Shown: positions 1-9,993, numbered from the stretch's first letter. The stretch is 64,000 bases of DNA from Minisyncoccota bacterium (GCA_041664245.1 JBAYLC010000005.1:8695-72694), one strand, 5' to 3'. Made by a program: numbers and translations. The notes: a model not told the origin generated them from the sequence alone.

Positions 1-192
1 GTTAAAACTGCCTACGCTATTTCCGCCGGCCGCGAACTGCGGGTTTTTGTTTTGCCGGAAAAAATCGACGACTTTAAAGCGCTAGAACTAGCCCGGGAAA
101 TTGCCAACCGGATCCAATCCGAGTTAAAATATCCCGGAGAGATTAAGGTTAATGTTATCCGAGAAATGCGCGCCGTCGAATACGCCAAATAA
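1..192 (+). CDS. rny: ribonuclease Y, C-terminal end (partial, runs off the left edge)
   Basis: In-frame from position 1 to TAA at 190-192. Tail ...[21 protein letters not shown] matches the conserved RNase Y C-terminus. Confidence 0.75.
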   Translation, partial: VKTAYAISAGRELRVFVLPEKIDDFKALELAREIANRIQSELKYPGEIKVNVIREMRAVEYAK

Positions 193-202
193 AATATAAA
201 TC

Positions 203-1624
203 ATGTTCCAAAAAATTTCTAAATTTTTCTTGTACGCTTCGGTCTTTAGTATTGCCTTAGTCGCCACCTCAACTTTTTTTCCGTTTATAGGCGTTAAATA
301 TTATTTTTTTCGGGTAGTTATCGAACTCGCTTTGCTGTTTTATCTTCTCTACTGGGCTTTTGAAGCCAAAATCAACGAGGTAAAAAATCGGCTCCTAGAA
401 GTGTCTCGCCGACCGCTTTTCATTGCTGTTTCTATTTTCGTTCTCGCCTTTCTTCTGGCTTCAATTTTCGCCCTGAATTCTCACGCCGCTTTCTGGTCTA
501 ATTTTGAAAGAGGAGAAGGGGGATTTCAAATGATCCACTATTACCTTTTCTTTTTTCTCCTAATTATCCAACTCAAAGAATGGAAAGAATGGCGACTCTT
601 ATTTTGGTTGTCAGTAGGTGCCGCCTTCTTAATGGTTCTCTATGGATTCCTTGCTCAAGTAGGTGTTAATGGTTTAATCAGCCCATTGAGGGGAGATACT
701 AGCGGACTTAGCATCTCCGATAGAATTTTTAGTCCCCGTTTCCAGGGTTCCTTGGGCAATCCCGCCTATGTAGCGCCCTATTTACTCTTTACCTTATTTT
801 TTACATCTTATCTTTGGCTCGTAGATAGTAAAAAAACCAAATCCAGTCGTTTCTTAATTTACGGTGGGTTATCGCTTGTATTTCTGCTTTTTTTTATTTT
901 AAGCCAAACTCGCGGCGCGTTTCTTGGCTTAATCGGCGCTATTTTTGCTTTCTTTATCTGTTCTATTATCATCAGCTCCAAACGGCGAAAAATAAATTCC
1001 TACATTCTTCTTGGAATTATCTTAGTCGGCTCTATTTTTATTGTTTTTCGGCACAATCCTATTATTCAAAAACTTCCCGGAAGCCGATTATTGCAAATTG
1101 CTGACACGGGATATGAAACCGACTCTATACGAACTCGGCTTTGGACATGGGGATCCGCTTGGCGGGCATTTAAGGATCGTCCAATTTTTGGCTGGGGGCC
1201 GGAAAATTTCAGCGCCGCCTTCGATAAGCATTTTGATCCACGGCACTTTTCCCCTGAGAAAAATTCCGAAACTTGGTTTGACCGCGCTCATAGTATCGTT
1301 TTTGATTATTTATCAACCACTGGCCTGATCGGTTTTCTAGCGTATTTGTCTATATTTATAATTTTCTTCCGGAACCTTTTCCAAGGAAATAAATTTATTG
1401 AAAAAAATAATATTAACCCCCAGCAATTAGATGCAAATATGCCCCACTTCAAAAAAGCACCTTTATTGACAAGCTTAATGTTTGCAGTTATAATTGGCTA
1501 TCTCATTCAAGGCCTCGCCTTGTTCGATGTATTACCGATTTATCTTAATTTATTTATCGTTTTAGCTTTCGCTTCCTATATTTTTTCCTCAAATAAATTG
1601 AAAGCCAATGAACCCAACAACTAA
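203..1624 (+). CDS. O-antigen ligase/polymerase family (Wzy_C) polytopic membrane protein; candidate ligase, polymerase or PglL-like O-oligosaccharyltransferase
   Basis: About 10-12 hydrophobic helices. Wzy_C-type periplasmic loop (RTRLWTWGSAWRAF...GWGPENF...AHSIVFDYLSTTGLIGF) with the conserved His/Arg pattern of WaaL/PglL. Confidence 0.7.
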   Translation: MFQKISKFFLYASVFSIALVATSTFFPFIGVKYYFFRVVIELALLFYLLYWAFEAKINEVKNRLLEVSRRPLFIAVSIFVLAFLLASIFALNSHAAFWSNFERGEGGFQMIHYYLFFFLLIIQLKEWKEWRLLFWLSVGAAFLMVLYGFLAQVGVNGLISPLRGDTSGLSISDRIFSPRFQGSLGNPAYVAPYLLFTLFFTSYLWLVDSKKTKSSRFLIYGGLSLVFLLFFILSQTRGAFLGLIGAIFAFFICSIIISSKRRKINSYILLGIILVGSIFIVFRHNPIIQKLPGSRLLQIADTGYETDSIRTRLWTWGSAWRAFKDRPIFGWGPENFSAAFDKHFDPRHFSPEKNSETWFDRAHSIVFDYLSTTGLIGFLAYLSIFIIFFRNLFQGNKFIEKNNINPQQLDANMPHFKKAPLLTSLMFAVIIGYLIQGLALFDVLPIYLNLFIVLAFASYIFSSNKLKANEPNN

Positions 1625-2237
1625 AAAAATAATAGCGATTAGTATTAGTTGCGTCGTTATCTGGATGGCTTATTATGGTTCCTACTTACCATTCCAGAAA
1701 TCTCGTAATTTCATCGAGACAATGCGGAATCTGGGTGGTAGTAGTTCTCTATCTGATTTTAAATCTAGAATATCTGGCGTTCTTGATAGGCCTTCTCCAA
1801 TTGGCCAGGAGGAGCTTGTTCGCCAAACTGCCAATTTAATCGCCGGATTCTTCAATCAGCCATCCGCCACTCCTGACGTTATCGCTGATTTGATGGGGTA
1901 CCTTGAGAGCTACTATAAACCAATGATAGATCAAGGGAGTGGAATGAGTTTTGGTCAAGATCTTTATCTTTTGGGCTCGCTCAATGAATTGGCTTTCGTG
2001 AAAACTAATCAAAAAGCCTACTTTGACAAAGCCAAAAGCTATTATTCTCTTGCCCTAGTCGACGGTCCCAAACGGCCCCAAGCGCTTTATGGCATGTTCG
2101 ATATCTATCGTTTAGAAAAAAATGTTGCCGAAGTGAAAACCGTTTCCGATCAAATTCTTAGTCAGTGGCCCAATGATAGTAAGGTCAAAAATGCTCTAGC
2201 TGATTTTTTGAAGCAAATTACCCTAAAGAAAAAATAA
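1608..2237 (+). CDS. hypothetical N-terminally membrane-anchored protein
   Basis: ORF with one N-terminal TM helix. Start overlaps the upstream stop, suggesting translational coupling. No motif recognised. Confidence 0.4.
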   Translation: MNPTTKKIIAISISCVVIWMAYYGSYLPFQKSRNFIETMRNLGGSSSLSDFKSRISGVLDRPSPIGQEELVRQTANLIAGFFNQPSATPDVIADLMGYLESYYKPMIDQGSGMSFGQDLYLLGSLNELAFVKTNQKAYFDKAKSYYSLALVDGPKRPQALYGMFDIYRLEKNVAEVKTVSDQILSQWPNDSKVKNALADFLKQITLKKK

Positions 2238-2244
2238 AATTTTT

Positions 2245-3225
2245 ATGCTGAAGGCTCTAGTTACCGGTGTTACTGGACAAGACGGCTCGTATCTAGCCGA
2301 ATTATTGCTTAGTAAAGGTTACGAAGTCCACGGTGTTATCCGCCGCGCTTCAACCTTCAATACTGCCCGTATCGAGCATATCTATCAAGATCCCCACGAA
2401 GAAAAGCCCCATTTAATTCTTCATTACGGAGATCTTTCGGATGCCAACACGATCCGAAAGTTAATCTATAAAATTCAACCCGACGAAATTTATAATCTTG
2501 GCGCCCAATCCCACGTTCGTGTTTCTTTTGATATTCCTGAATACACTGCCAACATTACTGGTCTTGGCACACTCCGCATGCTTGAAGCTATTAAAGATTT
2601 CGAAGAACATATTGGGAAAAAGGTTAAATTTTACCAAGCTTCTAGCTCGGAAATGTTCGGTGCCACTCCACCGCCCCAAAATGAAGAAACTCCATTTTAT
2701 CCGCGAAGCCCATATGCAATTGCCAAAGTTTTTTCCTACAACACGGTAAGAAATTATCGGGAGGCATATGGCCTGTTTGCCACAAATGGAATTCTATTCA
2801 ATCACGAAAGTCCTCGGCGAGGCGAAACTTTTGTCACTAAAAAAATTACTCGCGGTTTAGCTAGTATAAAAAATGGATCAGCCAAAAAAATTTATCTTGG
2901 TAATCTAGAGGCGAAGCGCGATTGGGGTTACGCTCCTGAATATGTTGAGGCCATGTGGTTAATGATGCAACAGCCAAAACCAGATGACTATGTAATCGGC
3001 ACAGGCGAGAGTCATTCCGTTGAAGAATTTTTAAATGCCGCTTTTTCGTACTGCAACCTTAATTGGCGAGATTATGTAGAAATTGATCCTCGTTATTTTC
3101 GTCCCACAGAAGTTGATAATTTAATTGCCGATCCTAAAAAAGCCAAAGAAAAATTAGGTTGGGAAGCAAAGACTAAATTTAAAGATTTAGTCAAAATAAT
3201 GGTTGACGCTGATATAAAAATTTAA
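2245..3225 (+). CDS. gmd: GDP-mannose 4,6-dehydratase
   Basis: Signature [18 protein letters not shown], extended SDR fold, HYGDLSD and YAIAKV motifs. Confidence 0.95.
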   Translation: MLKALVTGVTGQDGSYLAELLLSKGYEVHGVIRRASTFNTARIEHIYQDPHEEKPHLILHYGDLSDANTIRKLIYKIQPDEIYNLGAQSHVRVSFDIPEYTANITGLGTLRMLEAIKDFEEHIGKKVKFYQASSSEMFGATPPPQNEETPFYPRSPYAIAKVFSYNTVRNYREAYGLFATNGILFNHESPRRGETFVTKKITRGLASIKNGSAKKIYLGNLEAKRDWGYAPEYVEAMWLMMQQPKPDDYVIGTGESHSVEEFLNAAFSYCNLNWRDYVEIDPRYFRPTEVDNLIADPKKAKEKLGWEAKTKFKDLVKIMVDADIKI

Positions 3226-3250
3226 CCCTCTGTAATTCAAGATCTAATAG

Positions 3251-3712
3251 ATGAAGCCGTATTCAAGAAAAATACCAACCAGCCTTTTCGAAAAAATTCA
3301 CAAATCTGTTCCGATAGTAACTGTGGATTTAGTTGTAACGAGTGGAAAAAATTTTCTCTTAGTTTTTCGTAAAAATAATCCAGAAGCCCAAACTTGGTAT
3401 TTTCCTGGGGGAAGGTTATTTAAAAACGAGCATTTATTAGATTCAGCAAGGAGAAAATTACGGGAAGAAACTGGATTGTCGGGCAAAAATTATAGAATAC
3501 TAGGAATTCACGAGCACTTTTATAATCCAAAAAAGAGTTATTTCAAGGGTTTTGGATCTCACGCTCTAGCTGTTATATTTAGAGTAGAAGTTAGTAAAAA
3601 AGAAAATATAAAATTAGATTCCCAAAGTCTCGATTTCAGATGGTTTAATAGTGTCGATAAAAATTTTAATCCGTATATTAAAAAATTTTTAAAAATAGCT
3701 AATCTTGGATAG
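3251..3712 (+). CDS. Nudix hydrolase (GDP-mannose mannosyl hydrolase-like, Gmm/WcaH-type)
   Basis: Nudix box GGRLFKNEHLLDSARRKLREETGL. Sits between gmd and fcl, as gmm does in colanic-acid and fucose loci. Confidence 0.7.
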   Translation: MKPYSRKIPTSLFEKIHKSVPIVTVDLVVTSGKNFLLVFRKNNPEAQTWYFPGGRLFKNEHLLDSARRKLREETGLSGKNYRILGIHEHFYNPKKSYFKGFGSHALAVIFRVEVSKKENIKLDSQSLDFRWFNSVDKNFNPYIKKFLKIANLG

Positions 3713-4691
3713 TCGAAATAAGGATTTTATTTTTAGTGATCTAATGGATAAAAATTCTAAAATTTACATAGCCGGGCACCGAGGCCTTGTTGGGTCGGCT
3801 ATTTTAAGGAAGCTTCAGGCCGGCAACTATTCAAACCTGGTCACTCGCGAACATCAAGAACTTGATCTGCTTGACGCAAGAATGACAGCAGATTTTTTTA
3901 AAAAAGAAAAACCAGAATACGTAATCGATGCTGCAGCAAAAGTAGGTGGTATTCACGCAAATAACACCTATCCCGCTGAATTTATTTACAACAACCTCTG
4001 TATCCAAAACAATATTATTCACAGCTCATATCTGGCGAATGTTAAACGTTTGCTTTTCATGGGGAGTGCCTGCATCTATCCGAAAATTTGTCCGCAACCA
4101 ATCAAAGAAGAATACCTATTGACTGGAGCGCTTGAACCGACAAATGAACCTTATGCAATTGCAAAAATCGCGGGGTATGAAATGTGTGATGCATATAATC
4201 GCCAATATGGGACCGATTATTTTTCGGTAATGCCCACCAATCTCTATGGTCCCAACGATCACTTTAACCTTGAGAACTCACACGTGATCCCAGCACTTAT
4301 GCGTAAATTCTATGAGGCAAAAACGAAAGGGAAAAATGAAGTGGTTCTTTGGGGGACTGGAAGTCCTACGCGTGACTTTATGCACTCCGACGATCTCGCC
4401 GATGCCTGTATCTTTCTCATGAATCAGCCATCGCTCTCTCATAGCCTCATTAACATCGGAACCGGCAAGGATATTTCGATTAGGGATCTTGCCGAAACCG
4501 TAAGTAAGGTGAGCGGATTTGAGGGAAAACTCACCTGGGATACCTCAAAGCCAGATGGAACGCCGCGAAGACGCGTTGACACCGAGCGGCTGAACGCTAT
4601 GGGATGGCATCACACCGTAATACTCGAAGACGGACTTAGTTCGACTTATCAGTGGTTTCTTGATAATGTCGCCAATAAAATCAAGGTATAA
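3705..4691 (+). CDS. fcl: GDP-L-fucose synthase (GDP-4-keto-6-deoxymannose 3,5-epimerase/4-reductase)
   Basis: IYIAGHRGLVGSAI N-terminus and YAIAKIAG catalytic motif. Typical Fcl/WcaG length. Confidence 0.9.
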   Translation: MDSRNKDFIFSDLMDKNSKIYIAGHRGLVGSAILRKLQAGNYSNLVTREHQELDLLDARMTADFFKKEKPEYVIDAAAKVGGIHANNTYPAEFIYNNLCIQNNIIHSSYLANVKRLLFMGSACIYPKICPQPIKEEYLLTGALEPTNEPYAIAKIAGYEMCDAYNRQYGTDYFSVMPTNLYGPNDHFNLENSHVIPALMRKFYEAKTKGKNEVVLWGTGSPTRDFMHSDDLADACIFLMNQPSLSHSLINIGTGKDISIRDLAETVSKVSGFEGKLTWDTSKPDGTPRRRVDTERLNAMGWHHTVILEDGLSSTYQWFLDNVANKIKV

Positions 4692-4737
4692 CGATAAAAA
4701 TCCTTGGGCGAGATAATAAAAAAGCAATAAAAATTTT

Positions 4738-5823
4738 ATGAATATTTCTGTAAAAGGAAAAAAAGTCGTAGTGTTTGATACTTTGGGGCCGCATTCCAAG
4801 CAGAATTTATGTTTTGATCCGAGCGTAGCAAAAGAGAAATGGTATCATCACTGTGCTTCTTATTTCTATGAAGAGTGCCAAAAAAAAGGTATTCAACTTA
4901 TTACCACCGATATTTATTTTGCCTTGTCAGAAAAACCAAAGGCTATCTGTATGCGAGAACGCATTGATGTGGACATGAGTACGTCACTCGCCCTACAAAA
5001 ATCCGGGGTGCGGCTTGCGGTTATTAGAAATTCTGAAAATCCGTTATATGCCTGCCGTTTTTTTTGGAACCTCGAAAGGCTTACGAGCTATTTTGATCAT
5101 TCAGTCGTGGTAAAAGGTGTAAAAGATTGGGTATCGCCTAAAAGCCATTTCCATCCGTGGTTTATCCCTCACGCATATTACAGCCAAATTCATGAAGTGC
5201 AATCAGACTTCCGCAAAAAAAAGTTTCTCGTTCTCATTCAACGGAATGCGAGGATACATTGGTTGCGCCGTTTATATGTGTCCGGGTTGAATTTTATAAA
5301 ACCTCTGCCAAATTTCGTAAACCAGGAAGGGTATCTTAATCGGCTAGAAGCCATAAAATATTTCTCTCAATATCCTGATTTTGATTTATATGGAATGTGG
5401 TGGGATAAACCAGTTCGCTATACACGCAAATATGACGAATCTATTCGAAAATCATATCGTGGGGCTGTTGAAGATAAATTCGCATTATTGAAGCAGTACA
5501 AGTTTTCTCTTATATTTGATAATGCTTATTTAGGGGGGATGGTACATGAGAAAATGACTGATTGTCTTTATGCCGGTTCCGTCCCGATTTATTGGGGGGC
5601 GCCAGACATTGCCGATATTTTCCCAGCTAATTGTTTTATTGATTTCAGGAAATTCGGTTGTGATTTTGCCCGCCTTAATGAATATCTACGCGCTATGGAC
5701 GAAAACACCTATAACGACTACATTAAAAATATCAATAAATTTATATCCTCGCCTGCAGCCTACAATCTAAGTCAAGAAAAATACACGGGCGATATGATAA
5801 AAATTTTTGAATCGTATTTTTAA
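4738..5823 (+). CDS. GT10 alpha-1,3-fucosyltransferase
   Basis: YKFSLIFDNAYLGGMVHEKMTDCLYAGSVPIYWGAP matches the FucT motifs YKFxLxFENS...YxTEK...PIYWG of Helicobacter FutA/B. Immediately downstream of the GDP-fucose genes. Confidence 0.8.
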   Translation: MNISVKGKKVVVFDTLGPHSKQNLCFDPSVAKEKWYHHCASYFYEECQKKGIQLITTDIYFALSEKPKAICMRERIDVDMSTSLALQKSGVRLAVIRNSENPLYACRFFWNLERLTSYFDHSVVVKGVKDWVSPKSHFHPWFIPHAYYSQIHEVQSDFRKKKFLVLIQRNARIHWLRRLYVSGLNFIKPLPNFVNQEGYLNRLEAIKYFSQYPDFDLYGMWWDKPVRYTRKYDESIRKSYRGAVEDKFALLKQYKFSLIFDNAYLGGMVHEKMTDCLYAGSVPIYWGAPDIADIFPANCFIDFRKFGCDFARLNEYLRAMDENTYNDYIKNINKFISSPAAYNLSQEKYTGDMIKIFESYF

Positions 5824-5829
5824 AGACAT

Positions 5830-6774
5830 ATGTCATCTAAAAAAATTCTTATAACCGGCGGGGCGGGCTATATTGGATCGATATTGGTTCCGGAGTTATT
5901 ACGAGCGGGGCACGAGGTAACCGTTATTGATAATTTTACCTATAACCAGTCCTCGCTTTTGGATGTTTGTAATTTTCAAACCCTTACCCTGATTCGCGGT
6001 GACGCTCGTGATGAAAAAATAATCTCCCAGCACATTAAAGAAAAGGATTTTATTATTCCGCTTGCTTGCGTTGTTGGTGCTCCTGCTTGTAATAGAGACC
6101 CAGTTGCCGCTCGCACCATTAATCTTGAAGCAGTAGAACTTATTCTAAAACTTCGCGAAAAATGTCAAAAAATTATTTTTCCCAATACCAATAGCGGCTA
6201 TGGTCGGATGGCCGAAGGTGTCGCATTTTGTGATGAAACAAGTACTCTCGATCCAATCTCGCTTTACGGCAAACTAAAAGTGCAAGCGGAAAAAGAACTG
6301 CTCGAAGCGGGAAACGCGATCACTTTACGACTCGCTACCGTCTTCGGGATTAGTCCTCGTATGCGCCTCGATCTTCTTGTGAATGATTTTGTTTATCGCG
6401 CCGTTAATGATGGGGCCGTTGTATTATTCGAGCCTCATTTCAAACGTAATTATATTCACATCAGAGATGTGGCGGGTGCCTTTATGCATGCGATGGAAAA
6501 TTTTGAAAAAATGAAAAACGAACCCTATAATGTCGGTCTTTCAGACGCTAACTTAAGTAAGATTGAACTTTGTGAGGAAATAAAAAAGCAAATTCCCAAC
6601 TTTGTTTTCATAGAATCAAAAATAGGAGAAGATCCTGATAAACGGAATTATATTGTAAGTAATACTAAAATTGAAAATATGGGTTTCAAGCCCCGAATAT
6701 CGCTTACCGAGGGAATTTCTGAGCTGATCAAGGGTTATCAAATTATTAAAAGAAATAACTTCTCTAATCTCTAG
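5830..6774 (+). CDS. NAD-dependent sugar epimerase/dehydratase (extended SDR)
   Basis: ILITGGAGYIGS Rossmann motif and extended-SDR length. Confidence 0.8.
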   Translation: MSSKKILITGGAGYIGSILVPELLRAGHEVTVIDNFTYNQSSLLDVCNFQTLTLIRGDARDEKIISQHIKEKDFIIPLACVVGAPACNRDPVAARTINLEAVELILKLREKCQKIIFPNTNSGYGRMAEGVAFCDETSTLDPISLYGKLKVQAEKELLEAGNAITLRLATVFGISPRMRLDLLVNDFVYRAVNDGAVVLFEPHFKRNYIHIRDVAGAFMHAMENFEKMKNEPYNVGLSDANLSKIELCEEIKKQIPNFVFIESKIGEDPDKRNYIVSNTKIENMGFKPRISLTEGISELIKGYQIIKRNNFSNL

Positions 6775-6786
6775 TTTCTATTTTCC

Positions 6787-6815
6787 TTGACAACAATAGC
6801 TCGGAGAATTATATT
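6787..6815 (+). promoter_or_regulatory. sigma70-type promoter (TTGACA-17 bp-TATATT) upstream of the radical SAM gene
   Basis: Read directly: TTGACA at 6787-6792, 17-nt spacer, TATATT at 6810-6815. GAAGGAG RBS before ATG 6881. Confidence 0.6.
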
Positions 6816-6880
6816 GCTCCTAGGTCTTTGATACCTTAAATTCGTCAATTCAAATAGTATCTCATAGAAGGAGTTGTAGA

Positions 6881-8392
6881 ATGAGTCGTTTAGACGCAGT
6901 TTTTGTTATCCCTGGCAACCTCACTCAGGTTTACCAAGTTTTTGCTAAAGAACACGCCATCGAACCGCCTATTTTCGCCCTCTGGATAGCGTCTCATCTA
7001 GAGAGCAAAGGGTATAGTTTCGAATTTATTGATGCCGTGCCGTCCAATCTTTTTCCAGAAGAAGTTGCTGCTGAAGTCGTTCATCTCAACCCAAGACTTG
7101 TTATTGTACCTGTCTATGGTTCTCAACCTTCTGCTTCAACTCAAAACATGCCAGCCGCGCGAAGAACGTGCCAAGCAATAAAAGATCTCAAGCCAGATCA
7201 AAAAATCCTCGTCACTGGCACCCATCCCGCGGCATTACCAGAGCGAACTCTTAGGGAAGAACCAGTGGATTTTGTTTGCGACGGTGAAGGTCCCACAACT
7301 CTTATCGAAATTCTCGAGGTCTTGAGAAATGGGGATGATGTTTCCAATGTGGGAAGTCTTTGGTACTGGGAAAGTGGGAAACCCAAATACACTCATCCGG
7401 CGCGGAATGTTACCGAACTTGAGTTTGATCCGGACATCTGGCGATTTCTTCCGATGAGTCGCTACATTGCCCACGATTGGCATACTGGTTATCGAGATTT
7501 TGCGTCTCGCAAGCCCTACGCTTCTATCCTAACTACGCTTGGTTGTCCTTTCCGATGTTCATTCTGCTGCATTCAAACTCCGTTTAGAGCGGGTGAGGCA
7601 GCTATAGGGCGTAATCCAAAATCGAACTCTTACCGTTTCTGGTCGCCGCAGGTCATCATCAAAACCATAGAAGTGCTCGTTAGAAAGTATGGTATGGAGC
7701 ATATCAAGATTCACGATGAGTTATTCGTCTTGAATCAAAGGCATGTGAGTGCCATTTGCGCTTTAATCAAAGAACGCTTCAACGATGATTTGAATATTTG
7801 GGCTTACTCTCGTGCCGACACAGCCCAGCCTAAGTCTTTAGACATCCTAAGGGCGGCCGGGATTCGTTGGCTAGCTGTTGGTATTGAGCGCGACGGTAAA
7901 AACAAATCTTTTTCTGGCGAGGATATACTCCGAGTTAGAGAAATGATTAAGGATGCTGGTATTAAATTAGCGGCGAACTACATTTTTGGACTGCCCGGTG
8001 ATACCAAGGATAGCATGCAGGCTACACTAGATATGGCTCTGGCAATAAATTCGCCATTCGCTAATTTCTATTGTGCTATGGCTTACCCCGGTTCCGAACT
8101 CTATGAGGAAGCCGTAAGAAGAAATTTACCATTGCCAGATAGTCCTGGTGGTCCCGGTTGGATTGGTTACTCTCAGCACGCCTACGAAGCCACGCCTCTT
8201 CCGACCGATTCTCTTTCCGCCGCAGACATTCTTCGTTTTAGGGATGAAGCCTGGAGGAGATACTACACCAACCCAAAGTTTCTTTCCATGCTTCAGGATT
8301 GGTATGGTGAAAACGGCGAAGAAGCAGAGAGAAACATAAAAAAAATGACCTCTCTATCTCCCCTCCGCCGAGCGCTTTTCGAAAAAACATGA
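6881..8392 (+). CDS. B12-binding-domain radical SAM enzyme
   Basis: N-terminal cobalamin-binding Rossmann-like domain. Cys cluster CPFRCSFCC (CxxxCxxC plus an extra C), then a TIM-barrel-length region. Class-B radical SAM architecture. Confidence 0.8.
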   Translation: MSRLDAVFVIPGNLTQVYQVFAKEHAIEPPIFALWIASHLESKGYSFEFIDAVPSNLFPEEVAAEVVHLNPRLVIVPVYGSQPSASTQNMPAARRTCQAIKDLKPDQKILVTGTHPAALPERTLREEPVDFVCDGEGPTTLIEILEVLRNGDDVSNVGSLWYWESGKPKYTHPARNVTELEFDPDIWRFLPMSRYIAHDWHTGYRDFASRKPYASILTTLGCPFRCSFCCIQTPFRAGEAAIGRNPKSNSYRFWSPQVIIKTIEVLVRKYGMEHIKIHDELFVLNQRHVSAICALIKERFNDDLNIWAYSRADTAQPKSLDILRAAGIRWLAVGIERDGKNKSFSGEDILRVREMIKDAGIKLAANYIFGLPGDTKDSMQATLDMALAINSPFANFYCAMAYPGSELYEEAVRRNLPLPDSPGGPGWIGYSQHAYEATPLPTDSLSAADILRFRDEAWRRYYTNPKFLSMLQDWYGENGEEAERNIKKMTSLSPLRRALFEKT

Positions 8393-8415
8393 TTGACGAC
8401 AGTTTAAGTTATTCT

Positions 8416-8955
8416 CTAACGAGGGCTTTTTTCGGAGTCCTCGTTTTTTATTTTATGAATTATTTTTGTAGTTGATATTTTTTCAAATTCAGGCGGGCAG
8501 TACCTATCAAGGATAACAAGTTCGACCCCTGTCTTTTGAGCTATTATTTTTCGATAAGGAATATCTCCTGCGTCCTCGTTGATCACGTAAATATCAGGCT
8601 TGAGTTTGTTCAAGGCCACTTCTATAGACCAAAGGACATGATTATCTCCCGGTATTATCTCATCCATAAAACAATAATCTACTGGCCTTAAGGAATCCAC
8701 CATCTTTAAACGAACATGCTGATTTAAAATAGGGCGGTGGTTACCTTTATTACTTCTAATTGCAGCATCACACCCCACCATAACCACTAGTATGTCTCCG
8801 CGCATTTTGCAATCTTCAAAAAAAAGCACATGCCCGGCATGAGTGACATCAAAACTACCAGAGCAAAAAACAATTTTTTGATCCCGGTGTCTGTTTCTTA
8901 TAATCGCTACATCTTCTAATTTCGTGACCGCCATTAGTGAAAGAATATAACACAA
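8416..8955 (-). CDS. cytidylyltransferase-like nucleotidyltransferase (TagD / HldC family)
   Basis: SGSFDVTHAGHVLFF (HxGH) and C-terminal ISTTKI motif. The only minus-strand gene in the first 17 kb. Confidence 0.7.
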   Translation of the reverse strand: MCYILSLMAVTKLEDVAIIRNRHRDQKIVFCSGSFDVTHAGHVLFFEDCKMRGDILVVMVGCDAAIRSNKGNHRPILNQHVRLKMVDSLRPVDYCFMDEIIPGDNHVLWSIEVALNKLKPDIYVINEDAGDIPYRKIIAQKTGVELVILDRYCPPEFEKISTTKIIHKIKNEDSEKSPR

Positions 8956-9189
8956 ATCAATCCATTTACAATACAGAGTGATTCAGTCGTTGTCCTCATC
9001 ACGCTCCTTTTTTGCCCAACGAATATCTTCGCACTATGGACGAGAACATCCGCAACGGGTATATTCGAGATATTGAGTTCATAATTTCCCCAATAGTATA
9101 TGCAATAAACTAGAATAGATAGGTGGGTGATATAATAATTATTTTGAATTATAAAAATTAAAGAAAATAATCTAAACAAGCTTAAAAGC

Positions 9190-9993
9190 ATGAATAAAGA
9201 ACTTAGAAATAGAGTGGCGTTAATCACGGGCTCAAGTCGCGGTATCGGCAAGGAGATCGCCGTAACACTCGCGAAAGCCGGTGCCGATGTTGTAATCTGC
9301 GGGTCAAGTAAGGTAAACGTAGAAAAAGCAGAAAAAGAACTAGGGTCGTCTGGGACAAAAACATACTCTTACGTACTTGATGCCACAAAAAGCGCGGAGG
9401 TCAAAAATCTGTTTTCAAATATAATTCAGAAAATCGGCCAGCTAGACATTCTCGTGAATAACGTCGGCGGTATAAAGGAGTCGGTAAAGTTTTTGGATGT
9501 TACGGATGAGCAGTGGCAAGCAGCATGGAATTTAAATTTCATGACGATGGTTAATTTCTCACGCGAGGCGATTCCCTGGCTAAAAAAATCCCTTTATGGA
9601 AGAATTATTAATATCTCAAGTGTTCCAGGGAAACAGCCGGGAATGTTTAATCCTCATTATGGCGCCCCGAAGGCTGCCATGAATTATCTAAATAAATACC
9701 TCGCCAACTCTCTTGCACCCGACGGAATTCTTGTTAATGCAATTTTGCCACACACAGTCTTGGGTGGATTATGGGACGAGCATGTGGCAGATAGAGCTAA
9801 AAAACTAAATGTTTCCGCCGAAGAGGCAGGAGAAATTATGAAAAAAGAGATTAAAGAAAGAATTCCATTAGGGAAAATGGCAATGCTGGAAGATGTTGCC
9901 GAATTGGTTGCTTTTTTAGCGTCCGACAAAGCAAAATTCATTACCGGCACAAGTATTGCCGTTGATGGCGGAACTATTAAATCAATTTTCTAA
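9190..9993 (+). CDS. SDR-family oxidoreductase (paralog of 17037-17846)
   Basis: ALITGSSRGIGKEIA and classical SDR length. Matching blocks with 17037-17846 (LITG..GIGK, NVGG, NISS..GKQPG.FNPHYGA, EDVAELVAFLASD.AKFITGT) indicate about 55-60% identity by eye; not computed. Confidence 0.85.
   Translation: MNKELRNRVALITGSSRGIGKEIAVTLAKAGADVVICGSSKVNVEKAEKELGSSGTKTYSYVLDATKSAEVKNLFSNIIQKIGQLDILVNNVGGIKESVKFLDVTDEQWQAAWNLNFMTMVNFSREAIPWLKKSLYGRIINISSVPGKQPGMFNPHYGAPKAAMNYLNKYLANSLAPDGILVNAILPHTVLGGLWDEHVADRAKKLNVSAEEAGEIMKKEIKERIPLGKMAMLEDVAELVAFLASDKAKFITGTSIAVDGGTIKSIF

Noticed and set aside
1041-1328. Nested or antisense small ORFs inside large genes throughout the window (for example 1041-1328, 1088-1291, 2461-2749, 18574-18936, 47062-48554 series, 58422-59097)
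   Set aside because: They are embedded in or antisense to well-supported CDSs (Wzy_C protein, gmd, C-methyltransferase, groEL, MFS) and have no independent signals.
203-1624. Calling the Wzy_C protein specifically waaL (LPS O-antigen ligase)
   Set aside because: Family membership is clear but substrate is not. The host may lack LPS, so a generic or OTase call was kept.
8934-9251. 105-aa minus-strand ORF spanning the divergent intergenic region
   Set aside because: It is an AT-rich, hydrophobic low-complexity translation overlapping the SDR gene start. It is most likely a spurious ORF in a promoter region.
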